A DNA stretch of 24,604 nt from a virus. Lineage: Duplodnaviria; Caudoviricetes. Positions 16,629-23,082 of the stretch are shown here, in pieces. The stretch spans positions 1 through 24,604 of IMG/VR virus record IMGVR_UViG_3300025131_009348; one strand, 5' to 3'. Made by a program: the position numbers and the translations under genes. Below the pieces are notes generated by a model. That model saw only the letters and a program-made list of their open reading frames with translations. It searched no databases and had not been told where the DNA came from. Numbering within the stretch: the first letter of the stretch is position 1; the number at the start of each line of letters is the position of its first letter.

Positions 16629-16693
16629 CTCAGTGGTAGAGCATCGGGTTTTGATCCCGAGGGTCGCTGGTTCGAATCCTGCCTTCCTTGCCA
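16619..16693 (+). tRNA. tRNA-Gln (anticodon TTG), CCA encoded
   Basis: Acceptor AAGGGAG/CTTCCTT, D arm GCTC-AGTGGTA-GAGC, anticodon arm TCGGG-TTTTGAT-CCCGA, T arm GCTGG-TTCGAAT-CCTGC, G73 then CCA. Confidence 0.92.
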
Positions 16694-16705
16694 TAGAGGT
16701 ATAGA

Positions 16706-17458
16706 GTGACTCCTTTCAAAAATAAGCATCAAAAAATCAAAATCCCAGAATTCATAGCTGTAGGAGATATAGCAGGAAGATTTGATGAGCTTATGAATCT
16801 TATCGAGAAAGCTCCAGATGTCCCATTAATCTCACTTGGAGATACAAATGATAGAGGTCCTAAATCTAAAGAGGTACATGAGTACCTAATGAGCAGAGAG
16901 GATTCATATACTATTTTTGGTAATCATGAGCATATGTTTTATGATTTTTACCGTCCTTTAGGCAGCCGAGGCTTTTATGATAGAGAGCTTTGGAAGGCCT
17001 TCAATGGAGGGATAAATACTCGCTGGTCTTATGGAGAAATGCCTTTCTATTTGAATGACTCTGGAGCTTTTGAAAAAGGCCCTATCGGAGTCGATATGGA
17101 AGCAGTAAATAAGACGCTGGATTGGTTTGAGACTCTCCCATGGATAATTGAGACAGAGGATTGCTATCTTTCCCATGCTGCTCTTTTCAAAGACCTATCA
17201 ATTGATAGATGCCTAAACGAGGGAAAGTGGGCAGGAGATAGTTACAGGATGGGTACATCAATTCTATGGAATTATCCTTCTTTTCCAAAAGAGAGAGAAA
17301 AATTTCAGATCCATGGACATCATGCAAATGATACTCCTGTCTGGTATGGAGAGAAAGATTCTAGATGGGGCGTGGATCTGGATACATCAAGAGCTGGAGT
17401 ACTTACTGGAATGCACTGGCCATCAAAAGAAATTTTCATATCTGAATATATCTCATAA
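16706..17458 (+). CDS. Calcineurin-like metallophosphoesterase (PPP family, lambda NinI/PrpA-like)
   Basis: GDIAG, GDTNDRGP, GNHE, SHA, HGH motifs; GTG start with GAGGT RBS. Confidence 0.9.
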   Translation: MTPFKNKHQKIKIPEFIAVGDIAGRFDELMNLIEKAPDVPLISLGDTNDRGPKSKEVHEYLMSREDSYTIFGNHEHMFYDFYRPLGSRGFYDRELWKAFNGGINTRWSYGEMPFYLNDSGAFEKGPIGVDMEAVNKTLDWFETLPWIIETEDCYLSHAALFKDLSIDRCLNEGKWAGDSYRMGTSILWNYPSFPKEREKFQIHGHHANDTPVWYGEKDSRWGVDLDTSRAGVLTGMHWPSKEIFISEYIS

Positions 17459-17526
17459 GGCCTATGCTTCGTGGCCTAAGATTTCTCTGGCCATCCAAAA
17501 ATAAATCCTTTTAAATCTTAGAAATT

Positions 17527-17562
17527 AAAAAAAAAGCCCCGACTCATAATCAGGGCTTTTTT
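17527..17562. terminator. Bidirectional intrinsic terminator-like hairpin
   Basis: A9-GCCC-13 nt-GGGC-T6; gives T6 on + and T9 on -. Confidence 0.75.
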
Positions 17563-17572
17563 GATATCTTTT

Positions 17573-17960
17573 ATGTGAGTGAAGCACAATAAAGATGGAC
17601 ATGAATACCCATCTATTTACCACTCACATTCAAGAAATCAAGCAAAATTTACTAGAAGAAAAGATTTAATAAAGGGCCTAGGGGGCAAGGGATACTGCCT
17701 ATAGGGAAGCAATGAGGCCCATGCGAACCTTACAATGTATCTGGCCGATGTGCGATGAGCGACAGGTATTGTCGTATTATAAACTGCGTATCGTTCGACC
17801 ACTCCAGAAGTCCACGGAAAGACTGCTGCGAAGCAGACAAGGAATGAGGGCATACACCCGTATAGGAGTGCGAGGAGACCAGCTCGTAGATAACAGGAAT
17901 AGCTTAAGGTTTGAAAAATTCAAACTGCTTTCCTAGGCTGGATGGCCTTCTATGCTCAAA
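17573..17960 (+). ncRNA. Candidate structured non-coding RNA / replication origin region
   Basis: Dense inverted repeats: ATGTGAGTG/CACTCACAT, AGATGG/CCATCT, GGGCCT/AGGCCC, CGACA/TGTCG, CTGCT-GCGA-AGCAG, GTTTGAA/TTCAAAC; no convincing ORF. Confidence 0.5.
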
Positions 17961-17987
17961 GCTCAAGGTATTGCGAGTAGTTAAGTA

Positions 17988-18017
17988 TTTACAAACGTAA
18001 TACAACCCATATATAAT
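17988..18017 (+). promoter_or_regulatory. Sigma70 promoter TTTACA-N18-TATAAT
   Basis: TTTACA 17988-17993, TATAAT 18012-18017; predicted TSS about 18023-18024. Confidence 0.7.
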
Positions 18018-18022
18018 GATTT

Positions 18023-18098
18023 TGAGAGGACAGCTCAATCGGTGAGAGCACTGGCCCCACCAGCTAGAGGTTTGTTGGTTCGAATCCAACCCTCTCAA
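18023..18098 (+). tRNA. Degenerate tRNA-like element (nominal anticodon CAC, non-canonical)
   Basis: Acceptor TGAGAGG/CCTCTCA, D arm GCTC-AATCGGTGA-GAGC, anticodon arm CTGGC-CCCACCA-GCTAG, T arm GTTGG-TTCGAAT-CCAAC; lacks U8, U33, purine 37 and CCA. Confidence 0.75.
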
Positions 18099-18119
18099 TA
18101 TTTCAAATGGAGAATTAAG

Positions 18120-18308
18120 ATGGGAATGGCACTTGCCAATAAAATTAAAACAAATCTCTGCAAAGTTAAGAAGAAGAAAAAGAAGAGGACTATTTCCACC
18201 AGAATAGATCCAGATGTCCTAGAGTCTCTTGATAAGAGATGTAAAAGGGATGGATTGATAAGATCTGCAGTAATTGAAGAGCTGGCCAGGGAATATGTAG
18301 CATCATAG
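18120..18308 (+). CDS. Ribbon-helix-helix (CopG/Arc-like) DNA-binding protein
   Basis: TISTRIDPDVLESLDKRCKRDGLIRSAVIEELAREY; GGAG RBS before ATG 18120 (the 18042 start runs through the tRNA-like element). Confidence 0.85.
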   Translation: MGMALANKIKTNLCKVKKKKKKRTISTRIDPDVLESLDKRCKRDGLIRSAVIEELAREYVAS

Positions 18309-18545
18309 ATGATTAAAGTAGTCGATTTATTTTTTCCTAAGAGCAGGAAGACATGGGAAAACTTCACAGAGCTGAAAAACCATGGCGCACATTACAATAG
18401 AGCAAGAGAAGGATTGATAATAAGAGGGTTAAGAGAAGACAGTGACCTTTTTTCATTATTTAAAAATCTGAAGCTTAAATTCAGAAAGGAGAATGCCCGT
18501 GAAGTAGTGCCTAGAAAGGAATATCATCCTTATAAAGATGACTGA
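18309..18545 (+). CDS. Hypothetical protein
   Basis: Starts directly after the RHH stop. Confidence 0.7.
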   Translation: MIKVVDLFFPKSRKTWENFTELKNHGAHYNRAREGLIIRGLREDSDLFSLFKNLKLKFRKENAREVVPRKEYHPYKDD

Positions 18546-18669
18546 TGAAAATGTAATGCAGGCCTGGATTCTTCTGGGCCTCTTAATTTTAATATATACA
18601 TTCCATAATCTTAAACGTAATATTTTCCAGAATGACAAATCAAACCCTTTTGGAGGCCGCAATGATTAA
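18538..18669 (+). CDS. Small single-TM protein (43 aa)
   Basis: MTDENVMQAWILLGLLILIYTFHNLKRNIFQNDKSNPFGGRND; fills the gap and overlaps both neighbours. Confidence 0.55.
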   Translation: MTDENVMQAWILLGLLILIYTFHNLKRNIFQNDKSNPFGGRND

Positions 18670-19123
18670 CAGCTTAGTCAGTATTATTTCTATCCTATTC
18701 CTAGTCTTAGCTCTAGGAGGATGCGCTTCTAAAGCTAAACAAGTTGACATGGAGAATATTGGTATGGAAAAGAAGCTCAAAGAAGATCCCGAGACAATTG
18801 GAATGATATTCTTCTCTACAGGAGATTCTGAAGTCCATGAAAGATTCATATACACGCTAAGGAATGCCATTGATGCTGCGAAAGCTAACCCACATGTAAT
18901 TATCAGTTTGGTCGGACATAGTGATGCTAGAGGAGATACTCCTCTCAATTATAAGCTATCAGAAGACAGAGCAGTAAGCGTAAGGGGAAAACTCATGAAC
19001 ATGGGCCTAGAATCCCACAGGATTGAAATTAACAGCATAGGCAACGCTATTCCACTAGATCCAGGTCAAGGACATTCTCCATGGGCAAGGAATAGGAGAG
19101 TAGATATCAGGATCAAGTACTAA
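18662..19123 (+). CDS. OmpA-family (Pal-like) peptidoglycan-binding lipoprotein
   Basis: GGAGG RBS before ATG 18662; lipobox LGGC; GHSDARG...N..LS..RA..V and NRRVDI motifs. Confidence 0.92.
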   Translation: MINSLVSIISILFLVLALGGCASKAKQVDMENIGMEKKLKEDPETIGMIFFSTGDSEVHERFIYTLRNAIDAAKANPHVIISLVGHSDARGDTPLNYKLSEDRAVSVRGKLMNMGLESHRIEINSIGNAIPLDPGQGHSPWARNRRVDIRIKY

Positions 19124-19348
19124 ATGACTCCCTCAATCGCAATCTGCTTAGCTGTAGCGTATTTTGCTGCTATCTATCTAGGTGTCTGGATGGAAAGATT
19201 TTCCTGGCTTGCCAGAGGCGATGGACAATCCCCTCATAAGTGCGGAGATAAATTCTACTACATTATTGAAGAAAAAGAATTCGTAAAAATTTATACAAAA
19301 AGGAGATTATATGAAGATAGTAAATCTAAAAGGACAATGGGCAATTAG
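19124..19348 (+). CDS. Small membrane protein
   Basis: N-terminal TM helix; abuts upstream stop. Confidence 0.65.
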   Translation: MTPSIAICLAVAYFAAIYLGVWMERFSWLARGDGQSPHKCGDKFYYIIEEKEFVKIYTKRRLYEDSKSKRTMGN

Positions 19349-19703
19349 ATCTAAGTATGCTGCAGTCGAGACTCTCAATGATGATACAAATGAGATGGAG
19401 ACTAAATTATTCAAGAAATTCCTAGACTCTCCCATATTTATCGCAAAGATTAAAAATGATATAGTCTACTTCTTTGAAGGTGACGATAAAGTCCTTACCG
19501 AAGAAGAAGCTACTAAAGCAAAGCACTTTCCTAAAGCATTTTACGATGACTCAAACTGGCAGAGATACGAGGGATTTATTGGAGAGGCACCTATCCCAGA
19601 AGGATATCAGATAATGCTCAATTGCCCTAAGACTACCAAAAAGGTCCCTCAGGAGAGTGAAGAAGGAGTAAGAGACCCTCAAGTAGGTATCCAGACTCGA
19701 TAG
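19311..19703 (+). CDS. Hypothetical protein
   Basis: AAGGAG RBS. Confidence 0.75.
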   Translation: MKIVNLKGQWAIRSKYAAVETLNDDTNEMETKLFKKFLDSPIFIAKIKNDIVYFFEGDDKVLTEEEATKAKHFPKAFYDDSNWQRYEGFIGEAPIPEGYQIMLNCPKTTKKVPQESEEGVRDPQVGIQTR

Positions 19704-19705
19704 GT

Positions 19706-20089
19706 ATGAATAGAGCACAGAGGAGGCTCTCTGGCCGAGAAGGTAGGAGGGTACAAAAATTGCCATTCAACGAATTTTCAGATGTGACTCAAGAATCTAG
19801 AAGAAAGAGCTTGGCGCTGGGAGGCAATCCCAACTTTAGGGCAGATAGAGTCTGGCAAAATAATAAATATATCGTTCAAGTCTTTTACAATTGTGTCAGG
19901 AAAGAAAATATCTATACTAAAGTAATGGTACGTAGATCCGATTCCAAGCCTATTTGCTCATGGTCGGACTTATTTAGAATTAAAAATGAGCTATTTGGGG
20001 AAGAGGTAGATGCCATACAATTTCTTCCTAGAAAATCAGAGCTTACCGATGTAGCTAATCTATATTGGTTTTGGATTGAGAATGGGTAA
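19706..20089 (+). CDS. Hypothetical phage protein with W-x-DL-x-x-IKNELFGEE motif
   Basis: WSDLFRIKNELFGEEVDAIQFLP..SELTDVANLYWFW resembles a widespread uncharacterised phage family; MNRAQRR N-terminus. Confidence 0.8.
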   Translation: MNRAQRRLSGREGRRVQKLPFNEFSDVTQESRRKSLALGGNPNFRADRVWQNNKYIVQVFYNCVRKENIYTKVMVRRSDSKPICSWSDLFRIKNELFGEEVDAIQFLPRKSELTDVANLYWFWIENG

Positions 20090-20165
20090 TTGCAGATGTG
20101 TATATGATAACAATGGGAAGTTATTATTTAGGTGCGACTCATGCAAAAGAAATGGAGTTCGATAA
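20082..20165 (+). CDS. Micro-protein with CxC...CxxC (27 aa)
   Basis: MGNCRCVYDNNGKLLFRCDSCKRNGVR; overlaps upstream stop and is TAATG-coupled to the next ATG. Confidence 0.45.
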   Translation: MGNCRCVYDNNGKLLFRCDSCKRNGVR

Positions 20166-20500
20166 TGTCTTTTTATAATTACTGTATTGAAAATAACCTG
20201 AGGGCCTTACATGCTATTGGATCTCCTACTCTTAAGCACATGGAGAGACTTTATATTGCAAAAGAGTCTGAGCTAGGACAAAAGGCCCAGGAGATATATC
20301 AACTAAAAGAAGAGATTGAAGATTTGAAAAGGGAGAGAGATGGATTATTACGAGATGCTAGGAATAGCGAAAGATGCGACCCAGAAGGAGATAAAAGCAG
20401 CTTACCGGAAATTGTCGAAGATCCATCATCCAGACAAGGATGGGAGCCCGAAAGTGATGGGACAGGTAAACGAAGCTTACCGGATACTCTCAGATTCTAA
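20165..20500 (+). CDS. Hypothetical coiled-coil protein overlapping the J-domain gene
   Basis: ATG 20165 coupled to upstream TAA; heptad segment EIYQLKEEIEDLKRERDGL. Confidence 0.6.
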   Translation: MSFYNYCIENNLRALHAIGSPTLKHMERLYIAKESELGQKAQEIYQLKEEIEDLKRERDGLLRDARNSERCDPEGDKSSLPEIVEDPSSRQGWEPESDGTGKRSLPDTLRF

Positions 20501-20951
20501 AAAGAGAAAAGATTACGATGACGGCAAGCCTGAAGAGGTAGAGGAAAATAAGGCAAGAGGTCTTGTCATGAAAGTCTTCTCAGATGTCTACCCTAAATTT
20601 ATTGAGGATCCTAAAAAGAATAATATCTTAAAGATGGTTAGAGAATTGCTTATGGACCAGGTGACTAGAGCGATAGAAGGGATAGAAGCGTCAAATAAAA
20701 TGATAGAAAATACTGAGGAGAGTTTAAAAAGGCTCGAAGATTCTCCTTTACTGGAGGGCGCTCTCCAAACCACAATAAACCAATTGAATAATGAGAAAAT
20801 CCGCTGGGATGAGGACAAGGAAGAGGCCGAGGAGGCATTGGGATTGATTGAGGATGGAAAATATAAGATAGACAGAGAGGCTTCTCTATCTGACTTCGGT
20901 GCGCAAGACAGTCAGGTAAGGGGAGGAGTGTTTGGAAAGAGGTATTTCTAA
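20340..20951 (+). CDS. J-domain (DnaJ-like) protein with helical C-terminal domain
   Basis: DYYEMLGI..DAT..EIKAAYRKLSKIHHPDK...VNEAYRILSD..KRKDYD. Confidence 0.95.
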   Translation: MDYYEMLGIAKDATQKEIKAAYRKLSKIHHPDKDGSPKVMGQVNEAYRILSDSKKRKDYDDGKPEEVEENKARGLVMKVFSDVYPKFIEDPKKNNILKMVRELLMDQVTRAIEGIEASNKMIENTEESLKRLEDSPLLEGALQTTINQLNNEKIRWDEDKEEAEEALGLIEDGKYKIDREASLSDFGAQDSQVRGGVFGKRYF

Positions 20952-21094
20952 TGAGGCTTTTGTTAACGATTGTTGCTGCTTTTTTTGGAGGAGTTTTCCT
21001 TTATGATACTCCAAAAGAGACAATTCTCGGAATGTCGCTATTGTGTGTGGCTACATCCCTTCTTATGAGAGGATTGGAGGAGATATGGAAATGA
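20951..21094 (+). CDS. Small two-TM protein (47 aa)
   Basis: MRLLLTIVAAFFGGVFLYDTPKETILGMSLLCVATSLLMRGLEEIWK; TAATG and ATGA couplings. Confidence 0.65.
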   Translation: MRLLLTIVAAFFGGVFLYDTPKETILGMSLLCVATSLLMRGLEEIWK

Positions 21095-21357
21095 AATATG
21101 AGAAGCTTAAAAAAACAGAATTGATTAAGCTTGTTAAGTATGAACAGGGGATGACTGCTAAGCTAGAAAAAACTGTCCAGAAAGTACAAGATAAAGCTGA
21201 GCAGAATTTTGACAAGCTTCATAAAGCAGAAAGAAGGCAAAACACAATCTATAAAGAGATTGAGAAATATAGTAAGAATCTAGGGCTTGAAAATTCCGCA
21301 GATGACCTTATCAAGGCATGCTTAAACTGGAAAAATGAAATTGATGGAGTAAATTAA
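21091..21357 (+). CDS. Hypothetical coiled-coil protein
   Basis: GGAGGA RBS at 21076-21081 favours ATG 21091 (or 21085) over 21043. Confidence 0.7.
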   Translation: MKYEKLKKTELIKLVKYEQGMTAKLEKTVQKVQDKAEQNFDKLHKAERRQNTIYKEIEKYSKNLGLENSADDLIKACLNWKNEIDGVN

Positions 21358-21378
21358 TATTAACCAAGGGAGTCAGTT

Positions 21379-21696
21379 ATGAAAAAATTAATCTTTATTT
21401 TATTAGCATTTGCTTTTGCCTTACCTCAGGCCCATTCCACTCTTACCAAGGATACTGTCTCAATTGCTGTCACAGCAGAGGCAGATGTAGATTCTACTGC
21501 TGCTGAAGAGTCTATAAATATCCTAGACCAGGATACTTTGATTACCTCAGTAGCATTCACTTCTGGAGGGACGACAGTGACTCTTACAAATGCTGCAAAT
21601 GTCGTCACTATTTCAGACGGGTCTAATTCGACTACGATAGCCGATACCAATTTTACAGGTATAGCTGCCACGGTAATAGCCTATCTCGCACTATAG
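21379..21696 (+). CDS. Small secreted Thr/Ala-rich beta protein
   Basis: MKKLIFILLAFAFALPQAHS signal peptide; GGGGAG RBS. Confidence 0.8.
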   Translation: MKKLIFILLAFAFALPQAHSTLTKDTVSIAVTAEADVDSTAAEESINILDQDTLITSVAFTSGGTTVTLTNAANVVTISDGSNSTTIADTNFTGIAATVIAYLAL

Positions 21697-22074
21697 ATGG
21701 TTAATGGCTTAGATTATTGGTGGAAAAGAAATAAAAAGACCACTCGTTATTTTAAGAGAATTACCTCTATGAAGAGAAAGATTATTCTATCTTTAATTAA
21801 GAGGATAAGAGTCCTTATTCAGGAAAGAGACAATTATAAAGCGGCATATGAGAAGGCTTTTCAGAATATGATAGCTGCTAAAAATGGCAGAAGGTCGAAA
21901 GTCAGAGCCGCATTTGATTCCAGGAAATCTCGCAATAATAGGTACTCTATGAGAGCGTTTGCAAGAGATTTGGACATAGATGTGGCGGCTTTATCCAGAG
22001 TCTTAAGTGGGCAGAGTAGCTTTAGCCAAAGAACGTGGGACAAAATCAAAGGACATCTAATTGACTGTAATTAA
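21697..22074 (+). CDS. HTH protein resembling the N-terminal domain of TIGR02147-family proteins
   Basis: RKSRNNRYSMRAFARDLDIDVAALSRVLSG.....RTWDKI. Confidence 0.75.
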   Translation: MVNGLDYWWKRNKKTTRYFKRITSMKRKIILSLIKRIRVLIQERDNYKAAYEKAFQNMIAAKNGRRSKVRAAFDSRKSRNNRYSMRAFARDLDIDVAALSRVLSGQSSFSQRTWDKIKGHLIDCN

Positions 22075-22423
22075 GTTTGAATTACCAAGCCTCCCAAAAC
22101 TGCTTAATAAGTCTCTCAGGACTTATTATAAGAAAAGAAATAATGAGAATGCCAAATGGTACTCGGACATAAAGATAGTTGTAGGAAGAAAGAGGCCCAA
22201 AAAACCCTTTAAAAAATTTACTTTAAAGCTGATAAGGTATTCAAGCCAAGTCCCGGATTATGATGGGCTAGTAGGTTCGTTTAAGCCAATTGTAGACGGG
22301 TTAATTCAAGCAGGTGTTATTGAGGATGACAGCTACAGCATGTCAGGCCCATGGATAGTAAAGTGGGAGAAGATATCTCCTAAAAAAGGAAAGATTAAGG
22401 TTGAAGTCATTGGAGAAGATTGA
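22061..22423 (+). CDS. rusA: RusA-like Holliday junction resolvase
   Basis: PDYDGLVGSFKPIVDGLIQAGVIEDDS matches D-x-D...K...D-x-L...G...DD; TTG start. Confidence 0.8.
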   Translation: MTVIKFELPSLPKLLNKSLRTYYKKRNNENAKWYSDIKIVVGRKRPKKPFKKFTLKLIRYSSQVPDYDGLVGSFKPIVDGLIQAGVIEDDSYSMSGPWIVKWEKISPKKGKIKVEVIGED

Positions 22424-22565
22424 TTCTTTTATAGACAGGAGCATAGGACTCTTTTGCGTGGCCTTTGGGTATGCCGTATGCCTATTGTTAATCATTCCGA
22501 TATTTAGGCATTTGGCCCTACTGGTAATTGACTTCTATCATCCTTACTTGGAGGGATTCAGATGA
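22410..22565 (+). CDS. Small membrane protein (51 aa)
   Basis: TTG start; MEKIDSFIDRSIGLFCVAFGYAVCLLLIIPIFRHLALLVIDFYHPYLEGFR; ends in ATGA overlap with next ORF. Confidence 0.45.
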   Translation: MEKIDSFIDRSIGLFCVAFGYAVCLLLIIPIFRHLALLVIDFYHPYLEGFR

Positions 22566-22666
22566 GTGATTTATACAAGTTTTTTATTGAATTCTGGCAA
22601 GTACATGTAGGACTAAGTCTTATTGCAGCAGGGTCATTCTTAATCTCAATATGGATATCTAAATAG
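22562..22666 (+). CDS. Small membrane protein (34 aa)
   Basis: GGAGGG RBS; MSDLYKFFIEFWQVHVGLSLIAAGSFLISIWISK; TAGTG coupling. Confidence 0.6.
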   Translation: MSDLYKFFIEFWQVHVGLSLIAAGSFLISIWISK

Positions 22667-23082
22667 TGGAAGTAGAGCTAGGGAAGAGATTAATTTGGGT
22701 CAGGGAGCGCCTCTCTTTGAATTTAAAGGAAGTTAGTGACGGAGTCGACATCCCTTTGACTACTTATTGGAATAGGGAGAATGGAAGGCCATCAAGGAAA
22801 GGAGCATCTCTAGAGATTTTTAAGATACTCAGATTTTATTCTCGGTTATGGGCCCATAAATTTAAAGTCCATTTTCCAGTTTATGACGGAGAAGAAGTTA
22901 AGGAGATTAATGCAGAGTTTATTTTATTCGGTAAGAGTGCTACACTGAGCAATGCAAGCAAATACATAGAATTGATCGAAGAAGATTTTAGGGCCAGGGA
23001 GATTGAGTATGTTAACTATATTCAAGAATTAGAGGCAAAACTGTATGGGAAGGAAGAAAGAGAAAGGGCCAGCAGTAGTTAA
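22666..23082 (+). CDS. XRE-family HTH transcriptional regulator
   Basis: LGKRLIWVRERLSLNLKEVSDGVDIPLTTYWNRENG...INAEFILFG. Confidence 0.8.
   Translation: MEVELGKRLIWVRERLSLNLKEVSDGVDIPLTTYWNRENGRPSRKGASLEIFKILRFYSRLWAHKFKVHFPVYDGEEVKEINAEFILFGKSATLSNASKYIELIEEDFRAREIEYVNYIQELEAKLYGKEERERASSS

Noticed and set aside
16619-16693. tRNA as prophage attachment site
   Set aside because: No integrase, no duplicated 3' tRNA fragment, phage genes continue on both sides
9989-17556. ACTCATAAT[G/C]AGGGC shared by 9989-10003 and 17542-17556
   Set aside because: A 14/15 match is within chance for an AT-rich 24-kb window and only two copies were seen; weakly notable only because both are intergenic
17595-17669. 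24-aa leader peptide MDMNTHLFTTHIQEIKQNLLEEKI
   Set aside because: No RBS and no downstream gene coupled to it
17712-17936. 74-aa ORF (and minus-strand ORFs 17638-17853, 17904-18098) in the structured gap
   Set aside because: No recognisable motif, composition unlike the real genes, not coupled to neighbours; hairpins explain the region better
18120-18545. RHH plus 78-aa ORF as a type II toxin-antitoxin pair
   Set aside because: The second ORF shows no RelE/ParE, PIN, MazF or HicA motif I can recognise
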